The position numbers and the translations under genes are program-made. Of a stretch of 28,772 nucleotides of DNA, positions 15,554 through 24,760 are shown one piece after another; the first letter of the stretch is position 1, and the number at the start of each line of letters is the position of its first letter. The notes under the pieces are model-generated. The model saw only the letters and a list, made by a program, of their open reading frames with translations. It was not told where the DNA came from and made no database searches. This stretch comes from a virus (Duplodnaviria > Caudoviricetes), in the IMG/VR virus record IMGVR_UViG_3300025168_000465, positions 1 to 28,772 of that record; one strand, written 5' to 3'.

Positions 15554-17532
15554 TGGCAAATCAAGCAACAATAACAGTAGAATTAAGATCCAAATCAGAA
15601 GAATTTGAGAGAAAGTTTAAGAAATCTACAGATACAGTAAAAAAGAAAACTAAAGAAATTAGTGATGCAACTAAGAAAGCTGGAACTGCGGCAGGAAAAT
15701 TTCAAGATAAATTTAGAAGAGCTTCTCAATCAATAGCGGCAATACAAGGACCCTTAGGACCAGTAGCAGGTAGGCTTACTTCATTAGGAACTATTATAGG
15801 TAATGTTGGAATTAAAACAGCAATAGCAACATTATCATTTGCGGCATTGGCTTTTGGTTTAGGTAAAGCAGTTGCCGCTGGTTCTAGAGCTGAAAGACAA
15901 TTTAAAAGACTATCAGGTATTTTGAAAGCAACTGGTGGTGCGGCAGGTTTAAGTTTACTTGATATAGAATCATTAGCATCAGAGATTGGTATAAATACAT
16001 TAGCTAGTACACAAGAGATTAGAGATGCGGCAGGTGTATTATTAACCTTTAAATCAATTACAGGAGATACATTTAGAGAAGCTTTAAGACTATCACAAGA
16101 TTTAGCTGAAATAGGTTTTGGTAGTGCTAAAAGTGCGGCAATGCAATTAGGTAAAGCATTAGAAGAACCTGAAGTTGGTCTATCAGCCTTAAGACGTGTA
16201 GGTGTATCTTTTAATGAAGATCAAAAAGAACAAATTAAAACATTTGATTTTTTAGGTGAAAAAGTTAAAGCACAAACAGTTTTATTAGGAGCTTTAAAAG
16301 GTCAAGTAGAAGATGCTGGTAAAAATGCTGCAGGTGGTTTAGCAGGTGCTTTAGATACTTTAAATGAACAATTTACAATATTTATAGAAAACAATGTAAT
16401 TACACAAGGTGTACTTACAATAGTAACTGGATTAATGAGAGGTCTTAATGCAGTATTTGGTACTTTTGAGGGTACATTAAGAGGTTTAAGTGAAGTTGAA
16501 TTAGATGAAGAATTAAAAAAAATAAATGATGAATTAGAAAAACAAGATAAAATATATAAATCTTTATCAATGGATATGGATTCACAATTAATTGTAAGTC
16601 AAAAAATTGATTCATTAAATAAAGAAAAAGCTATTGTAGAAGCAAGACTTACAAAAAATGAAGAAAGCAAACAGAGATCTGCGGCAAAGGCGGCTATTCT
16701 AGCAAAGAATAAATCAGGATTTGAAAAGCTACAATTAGATCAACAAAAGAAAAGAGAACTTGCATCACGTAGAGAAATAGAAGATTTAGGTAAAACAGAA
16801 TTAGAATTAAGAAAACTTGCTATGGCAAGAAAAATAGAAGATGCACTATTAGCTAAAAAGATTACAGATCAAGGAGTAATAAATAAAGCCATACAAGAAG
16901 CAACACAAAATATAGATTTATTAGCAACAAGAACAGAAAGATTTAATGAGATACAAAAAGCTCTAGATGGTATAGCTGATGGTGTAGCTAAAACATTTGA
17001 AACAACTGGTAATAAAATATTTGATGCTTTTGCTAGAGGTGAAACAGGTGCTTTAAAATTTAAAGATATTTTAAGACAAGTATTTATAGATTTACAAAAA
17101 ATGTTATTTCAAGTGTTAGTAATGGATAGACTAACAAAAGCTGTTAGAGAGGGAATATCAGGTAGTGGTAGTTTATCAAAATTTATTGGTGGAATGTTTA
17201 TAAAAGGTGGAGCTACAACTGCTACAGAGGGTAGTCACGCATCAGGAGGAACTATACAAGCTAACAGACCATCATTAGTTGGTGAAAGAGGACCTGAGTT
17301 ATTTGTTCCTGGAAGTGCTGGTGTAATTAAAAATAATGCAGATTCAAAATCAATGATGGGTGGAGGAGGAGGTGTTCAAATAACACAGAACTTAAATTTT
17401 GCTTTAGGTGTAACAAACACAGTAAGATCAGAAATAGCAAATATGTTGCCAACTATCCAACAATCAACTATATCAGCAGTAGCAGATGCTAAATTGAGAG
17501 GTGGTAAATTTGCAAAAGCATTCGGAGGATAA
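15553..17532 (+). CDS. Tail tape measure protein (659 aa)
   Basis: Ala/Gly/Leu-rich helical protein; AAMQLGKALEEP...LSALRRVG core; C-terminal ASGG...LVGERGPELFVP motif. Confidence 0.93.
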   Translation: MANQATITVELRSKSEEFERKFKKSTDTVKKKTKEISDATKKAGTAAGKFQDKFRRASQSIAAIQGPLGPVAGRLTSLGTIIGNVGIKTAIATLSFAALAFGLGKAVAAGSRAERQFKRLSGILKATGGAAGLSLLDIESLASEIGINTLASTQEIRDAAGVLLTFKSITGDTFREALRLSQDLAEIGFGSAKSAAMQLGKALEEPEVGLSALRRVGVSFNEDQKEQIKTFDFLGEKVKAQTVLLGALKGQVEDAGKNAAGGLAGALDTLNEQFTIFIENNVITQGVLTIVTGLMRGLNAVFGTFEGTLRGLSEVELDEELKKINDELEKQDKIYKSLSMDMDSQLIVSQKIDSLNKEKAIVEARLTKNEESKQRSAAKAAILAKNKSGFEKLQLDQQKKRELASRREIEDLGKTELELRKLAMARKIEDALLAKKITDQGVINKAIQEATQNIDLLATRTERFNEIQKALDGIADGVAKTFETTGNKIFDAFARGETGALKFKDILRQVFIDLQKMLFQVLVMDRLTKAVREGISGSGSLSKFIGGMFIKGGATTATEGSHASGGTIQANRPSLVGERGPELFVPGSAGVIKNNADSKSMMGGGGGVQITQNLNFALGVTNTVRSEIANMLPTIQQSTISAVADAKLRGGKFAKAFGG

Positions 17533-17534
17533 TT

Positions 17535-18161
17535 ATGGCAGTATTTACACCAACATACCCATTAACATTTCCAACTGTTGTTGGGGTACAAACACAAAGA
17601 TTTTCATTAGTTAGAACTGTAGCAGTATCTACCAGTCCATTTACAGGTCAAGACCAAGTCGTTCAACACGAGGGTGAATACTGGACTACACAAATTAAAT
17701 TTCCACCAATGTTAAAAGTAAACGCATCAGTTGTATTAGCTTTTCTTTTACAATTAAGAGGTAGGAGAGGTACTTTTAGTATAGGTGATCAAGACAGAAA
17801 AACCATACAAGGAACAGCCACAGGGACTGTCAGAGTCAATGGAGCAAGTCAAGTGGGTAATCAGGTAGCTTTAGATGGTTTTACAGCTAGTAGAGCAAAT
17901 GTATTCAAAGCTGGTGATTATATACAAATAGGTTCTTATATGTATATGGTAACTGCCGATGTAAGTGCCAATGGTTCAGGTGAAGCAGATGTTAAAGTAG
18001 AACCAGCATTAAGACAAGGTATAGAAACAATAGCTAATGATGCTACTGTTACTTACACCAATGCAAAAACAATAATGAGATTAGATAATAACGAAACTGG
18101 TTGGGATACAGACCAAGTAAGTAAATATGGAATTACATTATCAGCAACAGAGGCACTATAA
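17535..18161 (+). CDS. Distal tail / baseplate (Dit-like) protein
   Basis: First gene after tape measure; SPFTGQDQV, FLLQLRGR, FKAGDYIQ, VEPALR; inserted beta domain. Confidence 0.65.
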   Translation: MAVFTPTYPLTFPTVVGVQTQRFSLVRTVAVSTSPFTGQDQVVQHEGEYWTTQIKFPPMLKVNASVVLAFLLQLRGRRGTFSIGDQDRKTIQGTATGTVRVNGASQVGNQVALDGFTASRANVFKAGDYIQIGSYMYMVTADVSANGSGEADVKVEPALRQGIETIANDATVTYTNAKTIMRLDNNETGWDTDQVSKYGITLSATEAL

Positions 18162-18460
18162 TGAACTTTGCAGACCTTTTAAAAAAAAATTTTATATTTA
18201 TACCAGTAGTAGCTTCAATATTGGTTGGGGGATTTACTTCAGTAAAGTATGTTTTAAATTTAACAACAACTATTAATGCAAGTAAGATTACTATTATTAA
18301 ATTAGAAAGTGAATTATCAGTAGCAAAAAAAGAAATAACAGATATGAATACAAGATTATCATCAGCAGAAGCAACTTGGCAGATGGCAGAGAACCTTTAT
18401 AGAAATCTAGCTGACCAAGTACGTGAACACTCATATGATATTAAGGATTTAAACAGATAG
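18161..18460 (+). CDS. Membrane-anchored coiled-coil protein (99 aa)
   Basis: N-terminal TM (FIFIPVVASILVGGF) followed by heptad-like helix. Confidence 0.7.
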   Translation: MNFADLLKKNFIFIPVVASILVGGFTSVKYVLNLTTTINASKITIIKLESELSVAKKEITDMNTRLSSAEATWQMAENLYRNLADQVREHSYDIKDLNR

Positions 18461-18472
18461 GATTTATGGTAA

Positions 18473-18997
18473 ATGAAATACTTAGAAAATTATATAATTA
18501 CATTTTTACTAGCAACTATAATTATAGCTGGATTAACAAGTGATGCTTCATCAAAAAATGAGTATCTTAATGAGTATGGTGCAAGATGTGGAGATTTTGA
18601 AGTAACAACAGAAAGACGTGATACTGATTATAACTATAGTGAAAATAGTACACACGAAGATGAATATGTTAGATTTACTTATAGAAAGTATTTAGGCACA
18701 GATTGTAAGACACAAAAAGAAAACGTAAAGTTAAAACAACAGCTAGAATTAATGAAAATGTGTGGTAGAGTTAATGGTAATCCTACATTAAAGCATAACC
18801 CTGAATTTAATCTTTTAGTAAGTAAATGTAGAGGTATTGCTCCTACAAGTCTTGATAACAGACCTGATGATGATAACAGTCATTGGGATTTAATGAAAGA
18901 TACATATAAGAAAGAAAATCCTGATGTAAAAATAATGGGTGATAAAAAAATTATGAAGAAACCATCTAAATCTTATGATATACCCTTACCTGAATGA
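18473..18997 (+). CDS. Putative secreted/periplasmic protein with 4 Cys (174 aa)
   Basis: Signal-peptide-like N-terminus (YIITFLLATIIIAGLTSDASS). Confidence 0.7.
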   Translation: MKYLENYIITFLLATIIIAGLTSDASSKNEYLNEYGARCGDFEVTTERRDTDYNYSENSTHEDEYVRFTYRKYLGTDCKTQKENVKLKQQLELMKMCGRVNGNPTLKHNPEFNLLVSKCRGIAPTSLDNRPDDDNSHWDLMKDTYKKENPDVKIMGDKKIMKKPSKSYDIPLPE

Positions 18998-19140
18998 GCT
19001 TAAGATTTAAAAAATTAATTGTTAAAATGAGAATGTGGTATGCTGATATAAGAGGTCATCACGGAAAAAGATGGGATTATGAACCTGGAGATCATTATAT
19101 GGGTATGGATAAAAGTAAAAAGCATAGAAATATACCTTAG
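18994..19140 (+). CDS. Small basic protein (48 aa), not in the ORF track
   Basis: MSLRFKKLIVKMRMWYADIRGHHGKRWDYEPGDHYMGMDKSKKHRNIP*; ATGA overlap with the previous stop. Confidence 0.6.
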   Translation: MSLRFKKLIVKMRMWYADIRGHHGKRWDYEPGDHYMGMDKSKKHRNIP

Positions 19141-19171
19141 AAATATTCTAAAGTAGAAAATAAAGGTTAAA

Positions 19172-19567
19172 ATGAAAGTAAGTGAAAATACAAATATACA
19201 ATTACCTTTAAGGAATTTACTTTCTATTATTGTTGCAGTTGCAGTTGCAGTTTGGGCATACTTTGGAATTATTGAAAGACTTAATACTATTGAAACAAAT
19301 GGTAAATTAATGATTTCAGATGTTAATGAAAATACTGAATTTAGAATAAAGTGGCCACGTGGAGAACTAGGCACACTTCCTGCAGATGCAGAACAATATT
19401 TATTAATTGAAAATACTTTAGTTGAAGTTGAAAAATTAACTATAAGAATTGATGATATGATGAACAACAAAGTCAATATAGAAAGATTAATTAAAGATGT
19501 TGATAAAGTCACAGAACAACTAGAAATATTAAAAGATAAGGTAAGAGCAAATGGAAAGGAACACTAG
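19172..19567 (+). CDS. Membrane-anchored coiled-coil protein (131 aa)
   Basis: TM LLSIIVAVAVAVWAYFGII followed by a long amphipathic helix. Confidence 0.75.
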   Translation: MKVSENTNIQLPLRNLLSIIVAVAVAVWAYFGIIERLNTIETNGKLMISDVNENTEFRIKWPRGELGTLPADAEQYLLIENTLVEVEKLTIRIDDMMNNKVNIERLIKDVDKVTEQLEILKDKVRANGKEH

Positions 19568-19712
19568 AAAAATATTAGAATATATAATTGAAAGACAAAG
19601 AAAAGAAAAACAATTAGATTTAATCAAATTAAGAAAAGAAGTTGATATTGGTGCTACAGGCACACAAAGATATAGAATTAAATATGGTCCAAACAAAGGT
19701 AAAGTATTATGA
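19551..19712 (+). CDS. Small basic protein (53 aa), not in the ORF track
   Basis: MERNTRKILEYIIERQRKEKQLDLIKLRKEVDIGATGTQRYRIKYGPNKGKVL*; ATGA overlap with the next gene. Confidence 0.6.
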   Translation: MERNTRKILEYIIERQRKEKQLDLIKLRKEVDIGATGTQRYRIKYGPNKGKVL

Positions 19713-19921
19713 TAGAAACAGTAGTAGCTTTACTTATGATTGTAAATGGCGAGATTAAAGAACATAGAATACAAGAAACGATGTCAAAATGTTTAAAAGG
19801 TAAAAGGATTGCTCAAAGAGTTTATAATGCTAATGTTCAATATCAATGTATTAAATCATTGGCAGAAACAGAAATTTATGTAGGCAAAAAATCAATTAAA
19901 AAAATAATTATTAAGGAATAA
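19709..19921 (+). CDS. Hypothetical protein (70 aa, 2 Cys)
   Basis: Coupled ORF; short hydrophobic N-terminus VVALLMIV. Confidence 0.7.
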   Translation: MIETVVALLMIVNGEIKEHRIQETMSKCLKGKRIAQRVYNANVQYQCIKSLAETEIYVGKKSIKKIIIKE

Positions 19922-19922
19922 A

Positions 19923-20501
19923 ATGGCTAGAAGTATAACAACGGCTTTTAATAATGCAATAGTTAGTCAGGTTGTAAGACCATTTTTAGCTTGTGAATTA
20001 GAATTTAGTACAGGAACATTAAGATTTTGGAATGGTTATGGAGATTTAACTATGACTGCTGGTGGTTCTTCTAATAACTTTACAGGTTTAGGTGATTTAA
20101 TGAACGTAAGTGCTGTTTCAGAAAGCGATCAAGTAGAAGCTATTGGTGCAACACTAGGATTAACAGGTATTAAATCCAGTTTAATATCAGCGGCACTATC
20201 TGCAAATTATACAAATAGAAATGCCAGTATATTTTTTGGTTTATTTGATACAAGTAAATCAATAATTGCTGACGTATATACTTTATTCAAAGGTAAAATG
20301 GATATAATGAAAATTGATGAAGGACCGGAAACAGCAACTATTCAATTAAGTTTAGAAAACAGATTAATAGTTTTAGATAGACCAAAAGAAAGAAGATACA
20401 CTCACGAAGATCAACAACTTAGTTTTACTGGTGATTTAGGTTTAGAGTTTGTGCCTGACTTACAAGATAAAGAAATTATTTGGGGCAAGAAAGGATCATA
20501 A
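19923..20501 (+). CDS. Baseplate hub / minor tail protein (lambda gpL-position)
   Basis: LRFWNGYGD, FTGLG, LFKGKMD, RRYTHEDQQ...GDLGLEFV...IIWG; precedes the NlpC-like gene and tail tip. Confidence 0.7.
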   Translation: MARSITTAFNNAIVSQVVRPFLACELEFSTGTLRFWNGYGDLTMTAGGSSNNFTGLGDLMNVSAVSESDQVEAIGATLGLTGIKSSLISAALSANYTNRNASIFFGLFDTSKSIIADVYTLFKGKMDIMKIDEGPETATIQLSLENRLIVLDRPKERRYTHEDQQLSFTGDLGLEFVPDLQDKEIIWGKKGS

Positions 20502-20917
20502 TGAGAATAGAAAACTGGGATACAAAGTTATCAGATTATATACAAAAACAACAATTAGTTAAATTTAGAAGAGGTAAAACAGATTGTGTTAATTTTGTTA
20601 TTGGTGCTATTGAAACAATTACAGGAAAGATTGTATTTGAACAAGAATACAATTCATTAAAAGATGCTAAAAAAATAATACAAGAATTAAATAAAAAAGA
20701 CTTATTAGATATAGCAAAAGATATTGCTAAAGAAAATAATTTTGAGTCTATAGGTTGTGTATATGCACAAAGAGGTGATGTTGTTTTTTTAAAAACAAAT
20801 GAAGAACTTGGAGGAACTCTAGGTGTGTGTATTGGTCAGAAAAGTATTTTTAGAGCAAAAGCAGGTGTAGAAACGAGAAATACTACTACTTGTGATTATG
20901 CTTGGAGGATTGAGTAA
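20501..20917 (+). CDS. NlpC/P60-like tail assembly protein (lambda gpK-position)
   Basis: FRRGKTDCVNF (Cys motif), AQRGDVV, LGVCIG, AWRI; ATG 20501 is coupled to the previous stop. The usual catalytic His is not evident. Confidence 0.7.
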   Translation: MRIENWDTKLSDYIQKQQLVKFRRGKTDCVNFVIGAIETITGKIVFEQEYNSLKDAKKIIQELNKKDLLDIAKDIAKENNFESIGCVYAQRGDVVFLKTNEELGGTLGVCIGQKSIFRAKAGVETRNTTTCDYAWRIE

Positions 20918-23877
20918 TGGGAAGTAAAACAGTAAAAACAGCATTAGTAGTTGCCGCAGTTGCTACAGGATTTGCAGCAATACCAGCAATTGGTCCATCA
21001 GGATTGGTTACAAGTATATTTGGAAGCGGTAAAGTAGCTGGTCTTGTTGGAACATTTATAGTATCTGCTGGTTCTCAACTTATTTTGGGAGCTGTAAACA
21101 AAAAATTAGCACCTGATATTAATATACCTGAAATAGGGACAAACTTACAACAAGGCACAATGGTTACAGCTAAATCAGGTGTAGCCCCACAAAGAATTAT
21201 ATATGGTAAAACAAGAGTAGGTGGAACTATGGTTTATGCTGAAGCTACAGGTTCTACTAATGAATTTTTACATATTATTATTACAGTTGCTGGTCACGAA
21301 ATAAACAATATAACAAAAGTATTTTTCAATGAAGATGAGGTTCCATTAACACAAGATGGTTCTGACTCTAATGGTATTGGTAGATTTAATCCATCTAGTG
21401 GAAATCAATACGAGGGTAAAGCTAGAATTAAAAAACATTTTGGTGCTGATGCTCAACTTGCTGATGCTGATTTAGTAAGTGATATTTCACAATGGACAAC
21501 AAATCATAGATTAAGAGGAATAAGTTATCTTTATGTAAGATTAAACTTTGATAAAGATGTTTATACTAATGGTGTTCCAAATATTACATTTGAAGTAGAG
21601 GGTAGAAAAGTATTTGACCCAAGAAGTAGTGCAACAGCTTTTTCCACTAATCCAGCTTTATGTATTAGGGATTATTTATTAAATGCAAGATTTGGTTTAG
21701 AAGCAGATGCAACTGAAATAAATGATACAAACTTTTCAGCAATAGCAAATACTTGCGATGAAAATGTTACTATTACTAATCCATCAGGTACAGAAAAAAG
21801 ATTTAGTATGAATGGTACATTTAACTTAGATAAATCACCGAAAAGCATTTTAGAAAATATGCTTTCTTCAATAGCAGGACATTTAACATATTCCAATGGT
21901 CAATTCAAATTAAGACCAGCAGTATTTGAAACAGCAAGTGTAACACTAGATGAAGAACATATTAGAAGTGGTATTACATTAAATACAAGAATATCTAAAA
22001 AAGAATTGTTTAATGCTGTTAAAGGTCTTTATTCAGAACCAGCTAATAATTATCAACCACAAGATTATCCAGTATTAACAAATTCTACATTTGAATCAGA
22101 AGATAATTCAGAAAGAATATTTGGTGAGTTTAATTTTCCAATGACAACATCTTCTCATACTGTTCAAAGATTAGCTAAAATACAGTTGTTAAAAGCAAGA
22201 CAGCAAATAAGTTTTACAGCTACATTTAATTTAAAAGCATTCCAATTAGATATTGGAGATACAGTACAAATTACAAATAGTAGATTAGGATTCACAAATA
22301 AAACTTTTGAAATCTCAAATTGGGCATTTGCAATGGCTGGAGGTTCAGATGCTCCAATACCAACTGTATCGTGTGAATTTAGAGAAACTGCTAGTGCTGT
22401 ATATGATTTTGCAACAAGTGATTATTCTACTGTATCAAGTGGTAAATCAACAAACTTACCTAATGCAACTACTGTATCAGCACCACAAGCTATTACATTA
22501 ACAGATGAACTTGTAGCTTATAACGATGGTACTGTAATTGTAAAATTAGTAATAGTATTAACAGCTCCAACTGATAACTTTACAGATATATTTGAGGTGG
22601 AAGTTAAGCAAGATACAGATGCTGATGGTACTGCTGTAAGTCCTGCTGATACTTTTAAATTAATTGGTAGAGGTGCTAGAACTAAATATGAGTTTTTAAA
22701 TGTAATTGATAAAGCTACTTATTCTGTTCGTGCTAGAGGTGTAAATATCTTTGGTGTAAACTCATCATCTATTACAGCAAGTAGGAAAATTATTGGACAA
22801 ATAGCACCCCCTGCAGATGTAGAAAACTTTGCTTGTAATATAGTTGGAAAAGAAGCTCATTTAAGTTTTGACCCTGTTCCTGATTTAGATTTATCACATT
22901 ATAGAATTAACTATAGTCCATTAACTACAGGTGCTGAATGGCAAAACTCAATTGTATTAGTAAAGAAATTATCAAGACCAGGTACTTCAATTGTAGTGCC
23001 AGCAAAAACAGGTACATACTTAATCAAAGCAGTAGATAAACTTGGTAACGTATCTATTAATGCAACTAGTGTTGTAACACAAATTACTACAATTGGTGAT
23101 TTTACAAATCTTTTAACAGATAATCAAAATCCTAATTTTCTTGGAACAACAGATGATACTGTAGTAACAGTATTAGAAGACGGAGCTAAAGCCATTATAT
23201 TGAAAGGTAATCAACTTTTTGATGATGTATCAGGTAATTTTGATTCTATAACATCAACCTTATTTGATGGTGGGGAAAATGCTACAGTAAAATCATCAGG
23301 CACTTATGCTTTTTCAGATACTATTGATGCTGGAGCAATTGTAACTACACAAATTACAGCTACATTAGAACAACAAGTAGTAGATAGAGCTAGAATATTT
23401 GATTTTATATCAGGTGATTTTGATGATCAACCATCTAACTTTGATGGTGATGCTAATACTAATTGTTCATCTGAGCTACAAATATCTGTTTCTGATGATA
23501 ATTCAACTTTTTCAACATTTCAAGATTTTACCATTGGTGATTATACAGGTAGATACTTTAAATTTAGAGTATTGCTAACATCAGATAATGGAACTGCTAC
23601 ACCTATAGTAACAGCAGTTGGTGTGGTTTTAAGATTAGAAGCATTTATTAACTCTCAAAATGATATAGCTTCAGGTGCAACTACAAAATCAGTAACTTAT
23701 CCAAGAGCTTATAGATTAGGAAATAGTATTGCTATTACATTATCTATTCAAAATATGTCTTCAGGTGATAAGTATGCTATTTCAAATAAATCAACTACAG
23801 GATTTGATATTGCTTTTCAAAATAGTGGTGGATCAGGAGTATCAAGAACATTTGATTATCAGGCAAAAGGAGTATAA
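20917..23877 (+). CDS. Tail tip / central fibre protein (gpJ-like, FnIII domains), 986 aa
   Basis: PQRIIYGKTRVGG, LRGISYLYV, GRKVFDPR, NPALCIRDYL, LDIGDTV, FnIII-like YSVRARGVN and YLIKAVDKLGN. Confidence 0.88.
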   Translation: MGSKTVKTALVVAAVATGFAAIPAIGPSGLVTSIFGSGKVAGLVGTFIVSAGSQLILGAVNKKLAPDINIPEIGTNLQQGTMVTAKSGVAPQRIIYGKTRVGGTMVYAEATGSTNEFLHIIITVAGHEINNITKVFFNEDEVPLTQDGSDSNGIGRFNPSSGNQYEGKARIKKHFGADAQLADADLVSDISQWTTNHRLRGISYLYVRLNFDKDVYTNGVPNITFEVEGRKVFDPRSSATAFSTNPALCIRDYLLNARFGLEADATEINDTNFSAIANTCDENVTITNPSGTEKRFSMNGTFNLDKSPKSILENMLSSIAGHLTYSNGQFKLRPAVFETASVTLDEEHIRSGITLNTRISKKELFNAVKGLYSEPANNYQPQDYPVLTNSTFESEDNSERIFGEFNFPMTTSSHTVQRLAKIQLLKARQQISFTATFNLKAFQLDIGDTVQITNSRLGFTNKTFEISNWAFAMAGGSDAPIPTVSCEFRETASAVYDFATSDYSTVSSGKSTNLPNATTVSAPQAITLTDELVAYNDGTVIVKLVIVLTAPTDNFTDIFEVEVKQDTDADGTAVSPADTFKLIGRGARTKYEFLNVIDKATYSVRARGVNIFGVNSSSITASRKIIGQIAPPADVENFACNIVGKEAHLSFDPVPDLDLSHYRINYSPLTTGAEWQNSIVLVKKLSRPGTSIVVPAKTGTYLIKAVDKLGNVSINATSVVTQITTIGDFTNLLTDNQNPNFLGTTDDTVVTVLEDGAKAIILKGNQLFDDVSGNFDSITSTLFDGGENATVKSSGTYAFSDTIDAGAIVTTQITATLEQQVVDRARIFDFISGDFDDQPSNFDGDANTNCSSELQISVSDDNSTFSTFQDFTIGDYTGRYFKFRVLLTSDNGTATPIVTAVGVVLRLEAFINSQNDIASGATTKSVTYPRAYRLGNSIAITLSIQNMSSGDKYAISNKSTTGFDIAFQNSGGSGVSRTFDYQAKGV

Positions 23878-23920
23878 TATATTGTTGATTATAAAAACAA
23901 CTGATGATATAGGATAAGTT

Positions 23921-24232
23921 ATGGCACAACACGATTATATTATTGCGAATCAGGGTTTTCCATCTTTTAGAAGCGATCTAAACAGTGGTCTATCTGCTAT
24001 AGTAACAAATAATAGTGGTGCTTCAGAACCATCAACTAAATATTCAGGTATGATTTTTGCTGATACTAATACATCAAACAAAATAATTTTTAAATATTAT
24101 AATGGAACAGCTTTTGTATCTGTGTTTGAAGTAGCAACAAATGCGGCAACAGCATCTATACCATCAACAGTAAATATAGAGGGGGAAAGCGATCCAAATG
24201 CAATTCCTTTCGCAATAGCTTTAGGAGGCTAA
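23921..24232 (+). CDS. Short tail-fibre anchor protein (103 aa)
   Basis: MAQHDYIIANQGFPSFRSDLN N-terminus typical of side-fibre attachment; ends in AIPFAIALGG. Confidence 0.6.
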   Translation: MAQHDYIIANQGFPSFRSDLNSGLSAIVTNNSGASEPSTKYSGMIFADTNTSNKIIFKYYNGTAFVSVFEVATNAATASIPSTVNIEGESDPNAIPFAIALGG

Positions 24233-24238
24233 TAAACA

Positions 24239-24562
24239 ATGGCAAATAATTTTCTATCAACAGAAGTAACTTTAGCAAATGGTAATGAAACAGATATTGT
24301 TACTACAACAGCAAATAAACAAATTCTTATTGGCTTTACTGCCGCTAACAAAACTACAACAGCATTAACATTAACTGTTAAAATGAACGATGGTTCAAGT
24401 GATTTTGTAATAGTAAATGCAGTATCAATACCACCAAACTCAAAAATTGAAATTTTAAAAGGTAAATTTGTATTAGGCGCAGGATATAAATTAAAAGCCA
24501 CATCTAGTAATGCTTCAGGACTTGTTGATATTATAATGGGCTTATTAACTGACGTATCATAA
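24239..24562 (+). CDS. Small beta-sandwich virion protein (fibre adaptor-like, 107 aa)
   Basis: GGAGG SD; all-beta pattern (SIPPNS, KFVLGAGYKLKA); position in the fibre module. Confidence 0.55.
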   Translation: MANNFLSTEVTLANGNETDIVTTTANKQILIGFTAANKTTTALTLTVKMNDGSSDFVIVNAVSIPPNSKIEILKGKFVLGAGYKLKATSSNASGLVDIIMGLLTDVS

Positions 24563-24571
24563 GGAGTAATT

Positions 24572-24760
24572 ATGAAAGAAATTGATGATGTAGTTTATGT
24601 CGGTCAAGAAGTTGGTATAGATAACGTAGATTGTTATCACAAAAAAGATTTAAAAAGAAATGTGTTTATAGATGGTAATTCTAATGCAGTATTTGCAGGA
24701 CCATTTACAGTTTCAGGTACATTAACAATAGCTTCAGGAGCAACAGTAGTAATAGTATGA
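24572..24760 (+). CDS. Small fibre-associated protein (62 aa)
   Basis: AAGGAG SD; NAVFAGPFTVSGTLTIASGATVVIV C-terminus; ATGA-coupled to the first Gly-rich gene. Confidence 0.6.
   Translation: MKEIDDVVYVGQEVGIDNVDCYHKKDLKRNVFIDGNSNAVFAGPFTVSGTLTIASGATVVIV

Noticed and set aside
12407-17532. Host-encoded gene transfer agent cluster
   Set aside because: MuF, HK97 gp10-like gene, long tape measure, accessory operons and lack of flanking host genes fit a real phage better.
19232-19252. GTTGCA x3 microsatellite as a phase-variation tract
   Set aside because: In-frame 6-bp unit that encodes VAVAVAV in a TM helix; slippage would not switch expression.
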